From: Azolla caroliniana
Taxonomy: Eukaryota; Plantae; Polypodiophyta
Direction: 5' to 3'
DNA length: 64,000 bases
Assembly: GCA_043228905.1 (NCBI GenBank)
Contig: JBHGNT010000020.1
Span: 9,052,001 to 9,116,000 of the forward strand
The notes below the pieces were generated by a model. The model saw only the letters and a program-made list of their open reading frames with translations, was not told the origin of the DNA and did not search any database. The translations under genes and the position numbers were made by a program. Every line of letters begins with the position of its first letter. Position 1 is the first letter of the stretch. Shown piece by piece: positions 50,450 to 64,000 of this stretch.

Positions 50450-53400
50450 TTAACCAAAACGTGAAGATGGCCACCACAATCTTAAATCCCCAAATAGGAC
50501 ACCATTCGACATACCAATCTCATCTAACGAAATCGTCAAATGTACTTGATATGTATACGACACGTATAAGATTGGCAAAGAATCGAGTGTGATTCTATGT
50601 AGCGGAATAGGTTAAGGATTTGTGTTATGTGTGTGTGTGTGTGTGTGTGTGGAAAGAGGAAAGGAGAGGAGAGAAACACAAGATAGATAGATAGGTAAAA
50701 AGGAAATACTCAAGAAGATGTATGCATTAGGAAGATGTATGGATTAGTTAATACAAGAAAAGGAGATATAATGAAGCAAGGATCTACATGAACAAGACTC
50801 AAATTACTACAACTTTGAATCCAATATAATTATATGTGATCCTTGTACAACATAGTGGTTTCTTTCTAATATTTTGGAAGATTACTCAAATCACTATAAA
50901 CATTTTAAGCCAAATGTTATATTATATATATAAGTTGACATTCACATGTGTAAAGAATTGATTGTGATTCTATGCAGTGGAATAGATTAAGGATTTGTGT
51001 TATGTGTGTGTAGAAAGAGGAGAGGAGAGGAGAGAAACACAAGTTAGATAGATACGTAAAAATGAAATACTCAAGAAGATGTATGTATTAGGAAGTGGAG
51101 AACAACTACAACAAGATGAATATTACAAAGGAGATTAACTGACACATTACAAACTAGGAGGAAGATGCTTTATATAAGGTCACCCTCTCTCTACATTCTC
51201 TCACTAAAACGCCCGCTCTCTCTCTAGAACCTTGGGGAATGTGGAAACTGTTAAGAAACAAGCTCAACCAAAGCAATGGTAGCTGAGATATTCCGTAGTA
51301 GCTATTAAGAAATTAGCTACTATTAGACATATATGTAAAACAAATATTTAGTTGTTCACAGCTATTTAGCTACTCGTAGCTATTTAGCTACTCATAGCTA
51401 ATTAACTGAATATGTAAGTCACTTATATACTTAGGTAAAAAGTAAGAGTCAAAGAAAAGTAAGAAAACTGACGAGAGAGGTTTTTTCTCTGGGTAATGAA
51501 ACATAACGATTTTGGGCTGCTATAGAAGTGAGTCTCCTTCCCCCCTTCTTTCTCTCTTGAACACTAAATGATCCAGCACATCACGATCCGTTGTGTCCTA
51601 AGAAGAGTCGTAGCGCCTTCGTAACATGGTATCAAAGCAAAGCTACTCGTAAAGAAGAACATTACAAATCTGAGAAAAATTCTCCATTTGTTGATCAGAA
51701 TAAGAGAGTTTCTTATTGAAGTTAATCGTAGCTAAAGCCCTAAATTGAAATAGAGATGGGTGCTTAAAATGGAAGCCAAATAGTCACAGAAAAACTGGAT
51801 AAAAACAATTTCCCAGCGTGCAAATTCAGAATGACAAATTTCCTAATGGGATGACATTGAAGGAGACCTAGAAGAGGCTCCAAAGGTCCCTGAAGAAAAT
51901 TTGCAATTGCTGCACAAATCAAAGCATTTAAAGACTAGAATCAAGGGCCAATAAAATTATTGCATTGGTTGTCACTTAACATCTTAGATTCGATGCGTAG
52001 ACATATACAAGATGCTCTGCTTCTAAAAGAAGCTTGGGACAGTTTGGTGAAACAGTTTGAAGTAAATACAAAGGCAAGAAAACTTCAGTTGAAGACTGAA
52101 CTAAATACCTTGGAAAAATAATTAAAAGAGCATATGTGAATCACTTGCTTCTATTAATGTGAACGTAGAAGATGATAATAAACCAGAAGTATGCTTAAGA
52201 GGCTTAGGACCTCAATATAAAAGCATCAAAACATCCATTCTCACATGGGATAGTATCCCAAGTTTTGCAGATTTGGTTTTAATGCCTGTAGTGGAAGAAA
52301 GAAATCAAATTGAAGATATAAACAAAGGAAACTTTGAAACTGATGGGCAAGCTCTCTACAATAGTGCTGGAAGAGGCCGAGGAAGGGGCCATGGCAGATA
52401 TGGTTAAACTAGAACCAATAATAATTATCAAGGAAGAGGACAACAAGCAATAAGTGGAAGAAATAACATCAGAGGCAGGGGGAGCAATTGAGCCAGAGGT
52501 AAGCAAACCTTTTTGAGTGATGATGGTTGTTGGTATTGTGGAAAACTAGGCCATACACAGGCTGAATGTTATAAAAAGAAAAATGATGAAAAAAGAGGGA
52601 AGAGGCAACAAACTAACTATGCTTCAACCAGTGAAAACGGTGACAAAGAGGGTGCTTTTGTTATGCAACATGAAACAACAACAATGGCTGAACGTTCACA
52701 GAGATGTAATGAAGATTATATGTGGTATGTAGATTCGGGGGTATCTAATCTTATGACAGGACATGCAAATTGGTTTGAAAGTTTAAGAGAACCAAATATT
52801 CTTAGTTATGTACAGACATGTGACAATACTACTCATATAATCGAACATGGGAGATATTCCATTGTGGCAGGAAAGAGGAAAAACAAAGTATATGTTGAAT
52901 GTTATGCATGTTCCAAACCTTGCAAAAAGTCTGATTTCTATTGGACAGATAGTAGAGCAAGGAATGCAAGTAAAGTTTAAGCAAAGTGGTTGCTTTATAG
53001 AGAAACATGGAAAGTTGGTTGCAAAAGGAAAACGTCAAGGAAGAATGTTTGTTTTAGATGTGGATATGCCTAAAATAACTACAACCATTTGCAGGAGGAT
53101 TGAATGTAATCTTGCATAAATGTGGCATAAATGAATGGGACACATAATTATGCAAACCTTGCAAAATATGTTGAGAAAAAATGTAGTGGCTGCACTGCCG
53201 AAGTTGAAAGACTGTGAGATGAGCAAAATATGCAAAGCATGTCAATATGGAAAGCAAAATAGGCTGCCTTTCCCTTACGAAGGACATATAAGCAAAAACC
53301 TATTGGATTTGGTACATACAAATGTATGGGGACCTACAAAAAATGCCTCAATTGGTGGGCGCAAGTTTTATGTAACATTCATTGATGATTGCTCAAGGAA

Positions 53401-55010
53401 AACATGGGTTTACTTCATGAAAGAGAATAGTGAAGTTTTACTTCTCAAATGAATTTTCTGATTTTCTAGGTAATCAAGGAATAAGAAGACAGTCACATGT
53501 AGATATACTCCACAGCAAAATGGAGTGGCTGAGAGGAAAAATAGAACTTTGGTAAACATAGCAAGAGCCTTGATGACTAAAAAAATATGTCATTGTATTA
53601 CTGGGCTAAAGCTGTAAACATAGCAAACTATATTCTAAATAAATGCATAACATATGGAGTACATCTAGTAACTCCAGATGGTAGGAAACCTAGTTTAGGA
53701 CAATTAAAAGTGTTTGGATGCATTGATTATGTTCATGTACTTGCTGAAGTAAGAAGAAAGCTTGATCCAAAAGCTAAAAAATGTGTTTTTGTGGGATATT
53801 CAGATGAGCAAAAAGGGTACAGATGTTATAACCTTTTGACAAAAAAGATTGTAGTAAGCGGTGATGTAATATTTGATGAGTTGGGCAGTTGGTACAACCC
53901 AAAACAGGATGCAAAAATTGATGAAGAAAATGAAAATGTAGACAGAAAAAAATCTAAAAATGAAAATGATTGCCATGGAAATGGAAACAAGGTTGGATAG
54001 CAAAGTCCAACATTAATAGCATGTACTGGACCATCTGAAAACTCAGGTAGTAAATCTGATTCAAATGGTTGGAGTGGAAAATATCTAAGACAAAAAATAT
54101 GATGATAAAAAGGGAAAATAGAAGATGCTAGAATATGAAATGCTTGATTATGGATCTAGAAACATGGAAGATGTAGATTCGAATGTAGCAATGGATGAAG
54201 AGTTGGGTGTAAAAAATGCATTTTTACATGGTAACTTAGAAGAGGAAGTATACATGTGTCAACCACCAGGATTTGAAAATAAAAAGCATCTAGAATATGT
54301 TTGTAAGCGGAAAAAGGCTCTCTATGGACTGAAACAAGCACCGAGAGCATGGCATAGAAAACTTTCAGAATCTCTGAAAAAAATTGCTTTCAAAATGTCA
54401 AAGGTTGATTCATCATTGTATGTAAAGAAGATGAATGATCGCGTTGTTGTGATTTTGATTTATGTTGATGATTTAATCATTGGAGGTGACTGTATGGCTG
54501 AAATAAGCAAGCTAAAGAAAAATCTGGAAATGCAATTTCATATGAAGGATTTGGGAGAGCTGAAATACTTTCTTGGTATTGAGATAATCAGATCTGAAAG
54601 TGGAATATATATACTGCAAAAACAATATGTAACAACTGTGTTGAAGAAGTATGGAATGCTTGGATGCAAACCTATTGATGTACCACTAGATAAGAACTGC
54701 AAATTGAGGACTAATTTGGGAGCAAAAATAGCATATGTTAACATGTACAGGTCTATGGTGGGCAGTCTCATATACTTGACTATAACTAGACCTAATTTGA
54801 GTTATGTGGTTTAATTAGTCAGCCAGTTTATGCAACAGCCAACAAAGCCACATTTGGATTGCATTAGAAGAATTTTGAGGTATGTAAAATCTACTCAAAA
54901 CCATGGACTGTTTACAGGGTTGATCTGGAGATAAACTTGGAAGGATATACATATGTTGATTGGGCTGGAAGCCAAACTGATAGAAGATCTACAAGTGGAT
55001 ATATGTTTAT

Positions 55011-55466
55011 TGTAAAGAATCGATGGTGATTCTTGTGTAGCAGAAGAGATGTGTGTTATGTGTATGTGTGAGAGGAAAGAGGAGAGGAGAGAAACACAAG
55101 ATGGATAAGAGACAAAATGAAGTACTCAAGAAGAAGGAAATGTATATTAACAAGGAGAATATGATAAATGAAAATGTAGCATTACAAGGAGTCACAACCG
55201 ACTTAATATGAAGTATGAGGAGGGTGCTTTAGATAGAGTCCCCCTCTCTCTTCATTAACTTACAACAACCACTCTCTCTCTTGGGGAATGTGAAGACTCA
55301 TAGTCATGGGGAATATTTAACTTATTAGTTATGTGTCATAGAATATAATTCTATGACACATAGTTAATGTGTAGAGAGTAGTGGTGTGACTCTTGACCTT
55401 TGAGTAATCATAGATTCTCAAAAGGTGTGTTCACACGTTGTGCTATGTTGAGCTTGATTCTCAACA
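55011..55466. mobile_element. Solo LTR of family X inserted in the Copia Y RNase H region
   Basis: tgtaaagaatc...ttctcaaca; TSD tttat/tttac. Confidence 0.85.
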
Positions 55467-55813
55467 TTTACATTGGGAAGTGCAGTTATTTCATGGAGTA
55501 GCAAGAAACAAGCTATTGTTGCATGATCAAGTATTGAAGCTGAATATAGAGGAACTGCAATAGCTACATGTGAAGAAGTATGGATTAGAAGATTGCTTGT
55601 TGATTTGGGAGAGTTTATAGATGGTGCAGTCACTATTTGGTGTGACAATATGAGCAATATTCAGCTCACAAAAACCCAGTGTTCCATGCAAGAACAAAGC
55701 ACATTGAAGTGCATGATCACATTGTTAGAGAAAAAGTGATTGATGGAGTAGTGGATCTGTTGTATGTGAGTACAAATCAACAAGTGGTTGATATTCTTAT
55801 GATGGGACTAAGC

Positions 55814-56230
55814 TGTCACGACCCAAGCTTCGAAGAAGATGTCGACGTCCAAGAAAAGAAGATAACAACAAACGAGAAGACAATAACAGGACAAGATGAC
55901 AAGAATTTGTATTTACCGTAAAACCAAGATTACAAGGTGGCTGAAGACTAGTGTTGAACTGGAATGGTTCAATACAAAGCAAATCTTTGACTTATATAGT
56001 GTACATCGGATTGTGCATGATCGCCATTTGGCATGCATGTTGTGTGCCAGTTGGTGTACAATGTGCATGCCATTTGGCGGTCATCTATTGTGTCTAGAGT
56101 TCCATAATTCTTGAATAATAATAATATGAAAATACATTCGTTAATTTCAATAAGTGGGTGTAATGGTTAGAGTGTAAGACCCTCCTTTAAAGGTCACAAG
56201 TTCAAATCTTGATATTGACATTTTGTGACA
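55814..56230. mobile_element. Solo LTR (TGTCAC...GTGACA) with a tRNA-like module, inserted in Copia Y
   Basis: Perfect TSD taagc (55809-55813, 56231-56235). Confidence 0.88.
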
Positions 56231-56629
56231 TAAGCATAGAAAAACATACACAATTTAGGGACATATTGGGAGTTATAAGCATTGATATGATAGTTGGAAA
56301 GCATGATGGAAATAAAGATTGATGATGATCTCAAGAGTGGATAAGTTAAGATTGAGGGGGAGTGTTAAGAAACAAGCTCAACAAAAGCAATGTGATGCTT
56401 ATTGGTAGTTGAGATCTTCCGTAGTAGCTATTTGGAAATTAGCTACTATTAGACATATAGGTAAAACAACTATTTAGTTGTTCACAACTATTTAGCTCCT
56501 CGTAGCTAATTAGCTGAATAGGTAAAAAGTAAGAGTGTGACTAAGAGAGAAGTAAGAAAACAGGCGAGATAGGTTTTTTCTCTAGGTAATGAAACGGAAC
56601 GATTTTGGGCAGCTACAGATGTGAGTCTC

Positions 56630-56936
56630 TGTCGAGAAAGGAATCGTCAATCCACTAGAAAAGGAATATTCTGAAATACACAACTCTGAAGCACAAAAAA
56701 CAGTGTACACATATTTAACATGGAAACCCTAAAGCGGGTGAAAACCACGGAGAACAGAGCTTCACTATACAATGGATATACAACAACGAGATCAGAGTAC
56801 AACACTCTCTGTACAGAGCGTAAACAACCTCGAAGGACTCTTGGCGTATGATGTTTTGATCACATCTATGGCGCCGCTAACTCACTCACGCTCCCTCACT
56901 CTCTATTCTCTTCTCTCTCATGTTGCACAATAGAGG

Positions 56937-56990
<54 letters not shown>

Positions 56991-57256
56991 TATGTGTTTT
57001 GTTTTTCCTAGGTGTATTTATACTAATACACAAAATGGGTTATTTATAATCATGGCCATTATTATTATCCAATAATAGTAGTAGTAGTCTTACTCATCAA
57101 TCGACTCATTTGTCAACTATCGAGTTGGTCCGATTAGTCAGCCCGGCTAGTCGGTCGTGTCTTCAACCTCGATCAACTCTCTCTGAGTCGACTCCTGAAC
57201 CATCGACTCTCATCTGATCAGTCGGCTCCTTCCACTGGAGGGACATATTCCTAACA
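56630..57256. mobile_element. Solo LTR inserted in the 3' LTR of Copia Y
   Basis: tgtc...aaca termini; perfect TSD gtctc (56625-56629, 57257-57261); contains (CA)n. Confidence 0.88.
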
Positions 57257-59302
57257 GTCTCCTTCCCCCCTTCTTTCTCTCTTGAACACTAAACGATCTT
57301 GCACATCACGATCCATTGTGCACTAAGAAGAGTCGTAGCACCTTCGTAACAGAAACTCATTAGTTATGGGGAATATGGAACTCATTAGTTAGGTGTCATA
57401 GAATATGATTCTATGACACATAGTTAATGTGTAGAAAGTAGTGGTGACCCTTGACCTTTGAGTGCTCATAGATTCTCAAAAGGTATGTTCACACACACAC
57501 AAGACTAGGTTGAACTTGATTCTCAACACACCCCCTCAAGCTCAACTTTGGTCGACTTTCAGCCTTGCTATGATGTTCATCTTAGCTGATGTCCACTTCG
57601 GGTGGTATCCAGTTCTCTCTTGTACCCCCCGTCAAACTTGGCAAGTTAGGGATCGTCAGTCCAAGGTTTGACATGAATTTCCGACGCTTGTCGGCTCTAT
57701 GGGCTTTGATGAAGATGTCGGATGTCTGAAGATTCATGTTGATGTGTTGAAGGTCAACATCTCCAGCCTGAACGCGCTCTCGGATGAAGTGATAATGCAC
57801 TTCGATATGCTTCATGTGCACGTGGAACACCTGGTTTCGAGCCAAATGAATTCTGCTCATGTTGTTGCAATAAAGGGGAATTGGATCCTTGATGGGAACG
57901 CCTAGATCCTTCAATATTCTCTTCAGGCAAACGACTTCACATGCAACAATAGTCGCGCCCTTGTATTCGGCCTCTGTGCTTGAAAGTGCGACGCCGGTTG
58001 CGTCTTGCTCCCATATTGAGTAGTAGGCGTCCTTGGGGCGTCCTTTGGGTAGGGTTTATTTTCTTGTGCTCCTTTGATGTAGCTCCAATAACCTTAGCCG
58101 ACAAGGTGTTGGTGCATCTTGTACTCCCAAGATTTAAAGTTGTTTCGGTCCAACTTCTCTGTGGGAAGAGAGCTACCCATTTAAGTATTCATGTTGGTCG
58201 ATGTAGATTTCTTCCTTCTTCTTCTCTCTTGGACACGATCTATGTAGCAACACTAGGATAGCGATGAGCCGAATTTCCTTGAATCGTCGACATGGACACA
58301 ACACATGAGGATGGGCTAGATCGAGCTACCAAATCGCTCTAATACCATGTAAAGAATCGGGTGTGATTCTATGCAGCGGACTACATTAAGGATTTGTGTT
58401 ATGTGTGTGTGGAAAGAGGAGAGGAGAGGAGAGAAACACAAGATAAATAGGTAGGTAGGTAAGTAAAAATGAAATACTCAAGAAAGTGTATGCATTAGGA
58501 AGTGGAGAACAACTACAACAATATGAATATTACAAAGGAGATTAACCGACACATCACAAAGTATGAGGAAGATGTTTTATATGAGGTCACCCTCTCTCTA
58601 CATTCTCTCACTAAAACGCCCATTCTCTCTCTAAAACCTTGGGGAATGTGGAAACTCATTAGTTACAAAGAATATGGAACTCATTAGTTATGTGTCATAG
58701 AATGACATGTGGTTAATGTGTAGAAAGTAGTGGTGACCCTTGACCTTTGAGTGCTCATAGATTCTCAAAAGGTGTGTTCACACACTAGACTAGGTTGAGC
58801 TTGATTCTCAACAAGATCATATATGTACACATGCAAAAGAATCATAAACAATGACATATGCCAATGATGATGTGATGGTGACATGTAATCTAGGCCTTTG
58901 GCCTCTATGCACACGAAATGTCCATATTAGTGTATGCAATTAAGATAAAGACCTCACACCCATACGAAACACACATTACATATCAAATAACCAAATTTCA
59001 TAGTAGTGTATGTAATATGCAATGAAGTCATGAACCTCACACACATACATCATGCAAATATGATTTACATGCACAAAATATGACCAAAGCAACATGATTT
59101 AAAGATTTATATGTTAACATAACAACTTCAACATGCATAAAGAAGCTAGGATAAGAAAGAATACAATACAAATAAACATTGTTGAATAAAAAGGAAATAC
59201 ATAACATCTTTTGTTGATGTACTTCCTAGATACACCCCTTGATTGATAGATTGACTGATCATCATTGAGAAAAGAAGAAATCAACAAAAGAAACATTCAA
59301 AT

Positions 59303-59800
59303 CTCGCTTTAATACCAATTGTAGCGGATATAATATCTAATGAAAGCATGAAAATAAGGAAATATATAAGAAAATATAGAGACAGAGTGAGAAAGAAGAG
59401 AGTTTATCTGCTTGATCATCCCCATGTGAAGGGATCGAAATGGATTTGAGACCTAAATGACATCATGTCTGGGGTTTCAGTCGTACCTAGCACTAGCATG
59501 TGTTCGCCATAAGAGTTTGTTCATGACAAGAGCATAGTGTCGATATATTCAAATGATTTCCTCTATGAGGTTTGCTAGGCCTAATATTTATAAGCAAACC
59601 CAATGCCCCCAAACAAGTTCACGTTTGGCCCTTAAGTGTTGTCTCAATCCCTAAGATTAAAAGTAATCCTCCCTTCTTTGCATTCTCAATTAACCGTCAA
59701 ACTCTTACCCTCATGTGGAGAAAAACACACTAAAAAATACCACACGGTAAGTTATGGTTATGCTTCTAGCATATGTGATGGTGCATTTATGTCCACTCCA
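59303..59800 (-). mobile_element. Possible LTR relic with Met-type PBS
   Basis: - strand tggtattaaagcgag next to tgtag at 59320; the other end is undefined. Confidence 0.35.
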
Positions 59801-60019
59801 TTTTGATACTCGTGCTCATGAACATGGATTCATGACTGAGTGGTTGTGCCTTGACATAAACAACACCCAACATATTATCCTCTCCTCAACATAATATTGC
59901 ATCAGATGTCGGGCTTTTGAAGGTGATGCAGTTGAACCTTGTTGTCGAAGAGATAACACAACTGATTTGACAAGTTGTTGTACACGTTTAGAGAGTTCCT
60001 CATGTTGTTGTGCCTTTTT

Positions 60020-60415
60020 AACACTAAGTAGATCTTTCACTTATATAGCATACATAGGATCACACATGATCGCCACTTGGCGTACATGCGTGCATGCCAT
60101 TTGCTAGTCTTCATCACCTTTGTCATCTTGGTCTTCGGGTAATACAAATTCTTGTTTTCTTGTTTTGTTATCATCTTCTTTTCTTTGAAATCGACATCGT
60201 CTTCAAAGCTTTGATCGTGACCATTTGAACTGGAATGGTTCAACACTAAGTAGATCGTCCACTTATATAGCATACGTAGGATCATGCATGATCGCACCTT
60301 GGTATACATGTTGAGTGCCACTTGGCGTACATGCATGCATGCCATTTGGCGGTCATCCATTGTGTTCATTGCCCAATAGCTCTAAATAATAATAATAATA
60401 ATATGAAAACACATT
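60020..60415. mobile_element. Rearranged relic of the 55814-56230 LTR family
   Basis: 60105-60221 is inverted relative to ~55815-55950; 60225-60410 is direct relative to ~55954-56135. Confidence 0.7.
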
Positions 60416-61206
60416 GTATGTCCTATCATGGTAGGCTTGAATTGACAAATACGAACATCAAAAGGAGGGGATGTTGTTGGTGATAAAGGCACAAGCGATC
60501 TCATTTGCCACCACCAACAATGTTAACTTTACCCACAATTGGTCAACCCTATAACATTATGGATTATCTAGAAATAGTATTGTAGGTGAGTCTTCTCCAA
60601 TCAAACTATGCACCATGCGACATTATTGCAAATGATATGTAGTGAAGTTGTAGCCACGCTAAAGAGCCAATGCAATGGCATCACGGGCAATTCCGAGGGA
60701 GCTAAAAAACAAAGTTTAGCCTTCATCCAACAATAGTTGTCCTCTCCCTTTCTTGAGTCATTGGGCCTTCACATAAGATGGAACTAACCAGTTCCTTTTG
60801 TGGCTTGTATATAACATTCACAATTGTAAATTTTTATAACTAATTAAAGGAGGTTGTTTCTGGGGGAAAAAAGAGAGCTTATGATGTCATTGGAAGAGTT
60901 TTGCATGCATACTAAGTTGAGTGTCAATAGATTTAAAACAAATATTATTCTCTTGAGATAAACATAAAGCATGCATTATGTACAATAACGAACCCCTTGA
61001 TAAGTTTGTGGTATGGTCCATTTCAAGGGCCCACTTGTCATTAAAGTTGCATCTAATGCTTTGCCATTTGACACATTTTCTACTCCTCTATTGATAGACA
61101 TAAATGCATTTTGATGGGAAAAAGGGGTGTCAAAATGCCCAATTGAGAAGCAAACACAACGAAACCAAATCATTCTCTTTTCCCCTTAATTGTCGTTGAT
61201 TATAAG

Positions 61207-64000
61207 TGTGGGAATGCTATTACAAAAACTGTCGAATACAAATGTATAATGGACGTATTCACACTATCCTCTTAGAGAGCCCAAGTTCGGGCTATTTCTA
61301 TAAATAACATAAAGGGCAATTGCCCTAAGTGAGTCACTATATAAAGTGACTTTGTAACCTTTTGTAAAGGTTGGTTGTTCATTGTTGTAACTGTTGCCCT
61401 TTTATGAATATAGATATATGCTTTCTCTCTCTCTCTCTCTCTCTCTCCCTGTACGTAATTTGTTCTTGCCTCTCTCATACGCAGGTATTTCTTCCTCATA
61501 GATTCATACTGTGTGATCTCTTCCGCACTGACGGCTTTGTCCATTCCCTACATTTGGTATCAGAGCTTGGATGTCCTTCATCCCGTTGCCGGCCGCCATT
61601 CGAATCTTTGGATCACAACATTTTGTTTTTTCTGTTTTGTATTTGAAGAAACAGAGAAGAGAGAAGAAGAAGAAAAACAAGGCTTGCATCTCATCGCGTT
61701 AGATCATCTTCGCTTGGAGTAAGCCAGCCGGCTGTACTCTGTTCCTCGTGATTGTAACTGCTCGAGGTGAAATCCCCTTGTGCAACATTGACACGATCGT
61801 GCTCAACTCGGTTAAACGGCATCCGAACAGGTCACCGAAAGCTGCTCGTCGCCCGTTGTAACCACTCGGTGCAGATCGGTCTCAAGACAACAACCCCAAT
61901 TCCTGCTTCATCCGGCTGATCGACATTTGGGAGGATCAATTGAATCCGTCTCTCTCGTCGTTGCAGTCACCCGAAGCAGAATCGGTCCAGACAATCGGTT
62001 TCAATAATCGGTATTTGGCATATATATTCGGAAGCGAATTGGGCTCACTCCGACTCGGCAACATTCGGGAAGACCAGTCGGTTCTGTCCCTCAAGTTACC
62101 GAAGTCAATTCGAGCAAGTTCAACAATACATATATCCGAAGCCGAACCGACTCGGGTTCAAATCCGACTAGAACGATATCGGGTGAGCCGACCGGCTGCA
62201 CTCCAACAAGGTTTGTAGTCAACTCCGAACCGAGCTTCGTCAACCGAAACCGAATCTAATGGCATCAACATCTGGCTCATCGGAAATGAGTCTAAGGAGG
62301 TTCGACGGTTCGAACTTCAATTTTTGGAAGGAGCAAATGCAGGACTATCTTATAGTCAAGGGTCAGATCGATCTGATTGAGAATGAAACTGCTCCAGAAA
62401 TATACAAGGCAAATGAGTGGCCGAAGCTGGACCGAATCGTCCGCGCCACGATTCGGATGCACCTGTCGGAGTTAGTGTACTTCACAGTGCAATCGTGCAC
62501 GACAACCTTCGAACTTTGGAAGAAGCTATTGGAAACCTACGAAAAGAATGTCGCCTCAACGAAGATGTATTTGATCCGGCGCCTCTACAACTTGCGGATG
62601 AAAGATTCCGATTCGGTTCAGGCACACCTTAACGAGTACGAAAGTTTGAGCTCCCAAATCTTGTCACAGGGGACGACAATCGAGGATGAACTCAGAGCAA
62701 TGATACTCATGAGCAGTCTCCCCTCCTCTTGGGAAACCTTCATTACAACTGTGTGCAACGCATCTACGACTGCCATCAAGTACTCCGAAGTCACAAGTGT
62801 AATCCTAACTGAAGCAGCTCGGAGAAAGTCTTTCACCAAAGACTCGGCAGAAGAAGCCTATGTAGTACAAGGTTCGATTGACCGATCAAACAACCGGGGA
62901 AGAAGCTCTTCCCGAGATATTGACGACCGACCTGAACATATTGTCCATAGAGAATCCAGTCGAATCAGAAGTTCTGCTTATGACTGAGGAATCGAGCACA
63001 TGGCTTCTGAACTCGGGCGCGTCGTATCACGTGACACCTCACTGATCACAGTTTCGACAATATTCGGACCGGGACTCCGACTCAGTTCGGGTCGGAAATT
63101 CGCAGCACTGTGCTATCATCGGAATCGGCACCGTAGAGCTCAACCTTCCGGGTGGCTCTACACTCGTACTACACAACGTCCGACACGTTCCTGAGCTCTC
63201 ACGATCCCTGATCTCCGTCGGACAACTTGATGAAGCTGGCATCCGTGCTGGTTTCTCATCAGGAGGGTGGACACTCCACAGAGGGAACCTCCTGCTTGCT
63301 AGAGGACCAAAGTTACACTCATTGTACCCTTTGTATGTCACACTCAGAGAGGGTATGAAGCTGGCATCCGTGCTAGTTTCTCATCAGGAGGGTGGACACT
63401 CCACAGAGGGAACCTCCTGCTTGCTAGAGGACCAAAGGTACACTCATTGTACCCTTTGTATGTCACACTCAGAGAGGGTGACTTATTTCTGGTAGATATC
63501 CCTCTATCATCCTTATGGCATGGACGACTTGGACACCTCAGCAAGGCCGGCATCACGCACCTATCCAGAGCCGGATACATCCCGAAACTCTCCTTCTCGG
63601 ACCATCAGTTTTGCGAGCATTGCTAGTACGGCAAACAGGTAGCCGCATCACACCTGACATCAGCACCAAGAGAGTCGAGCCCGCTCGATTTGGTCCACTC
63701 GGACGTCTGTGGCCCGATGCCACATCAGTCACTCGGTGGTGCCTCATACTTCGTTAGTTTCATTGACGACTCGACTCGGAAGGTGTGGGCTTACCCCATC
63801 AGAACCAAAGATCGGGTGTTCTCGATCTTCTCAGATTGGCTCGCAATGGTCGAAAACCAGACCGGTCGGAAACTGAAGTGTCTCCGAACCGACAATGGAG
63901 GTGAGTTCAAATCTAATGAATTCGTCAAATTTTGCTGAGAACGCGGCATTAGACGTGAATATACGGCACCATATAGTCCAGAGCAGAACGAAATCGCAGA
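61207..64000 (+). mobile_element. Ty1/Copia element W, 5' part. LTR ~61207-61552, PBS 61555-61566, gag 62259-62987, protease, GAG-pre-integrase and integrase; runs off the window
   Basis: tggtatcagagc PBS; FDGSNFNFWK, LMSSLPSSW; WLLNSGASYH; VHSDVCGP, LRTDNGGEF; stops present. Confidence 0.93.
63230..63479. repeat. 125-bp tandem duplication that frameshifts Copia W pol
   Basis: atgaagctggcatcc...agagagggt at 63230 and 63355. Confidence 0.93.

Larger units (their letters stand above)
51249..57350 (+). mobile_element. Ty1/Copia element Y, degenerate. 5' LTR 51249-51626, PBS 51627-51638, gag-PR-INT-RT-RH ~51760-56260, PPT 56352-56362, 3' LTR 56363-57350
   Basis: Perfect TSD gaaac (51244-51248, 57351-57355); CWYCGKLGHTQAEC, WYVDSG, LVHTNVWGP, VKNAFLHG, LYGLKQAPR, YVDD; deletion near 54205. 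Confidence 0.95.
50949..58813 (-). mobile_element. Internally deleted Copia element X. 5' LTR 58348-58813, Met-type PBS ~58336-58347, RNase H remnant 57582-57980, PPT ~57528-57540, 3' LTR 50949-57527 split by Copia Y
   Basis: LTR termini tgtaaagaat...ttctcaaca; KHIEVHYHFIRE motif; flanks acatg/agatc match only 3/5; an extra truncated LTR piece lies at ~50577-50740. Confidence 0.8.

Noticed and set aside
56150-56220. Functional tRNA gene
   Set aside because: Acceptor and anticodon stems do not pair convincingly and it lies within a TSD-flanked LTR; reported only as a tRNA-like module.

Overview
This is eukaryotic, intron-containing, TE-rich land-plant DNA. A non-seed plant such as a fern is plausible from the retroelement types, but that is inference. 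Host genes: the 3' part of a cellulose synthase-like gene (187-1846, +), a complete 5-exon NOPCHAP1/DUF4598-like gene (26941-31602, -), a complete APC11 gene (45467-47943, -) whose frame closes only if a single-nucleotide exon at 47703 is used, a candidate 43-aa Cys-rich membrane microprotein (43205-43336, +) and an orphan frameshifted TBC/Rab-GAP exon. The rest is mostly mobile DNA: three head-to-tail pogo/Tigger (CENP-B-like) transposase copies alternating with 114/123-bp satellite arrays, a 12.6-kb composite Ty3/Gypsy insertion, nested Ty1/Copia elements and solo LTRs, a Mutator-like element, MITEs and LINE relics. The most unusual signal is in two different LTR elements that lack a polypurine tract and instead carry a second, inverted tRNA-Arg-type primer-binding site at that position, suggesting tRNA priming of both cDNA strands. 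Also notable are solo LTRs carrying a tRNA-like Pol III A/B-box module. Everything was read by eye; family names and tRNA identities come from recalled motifs, not database searches.
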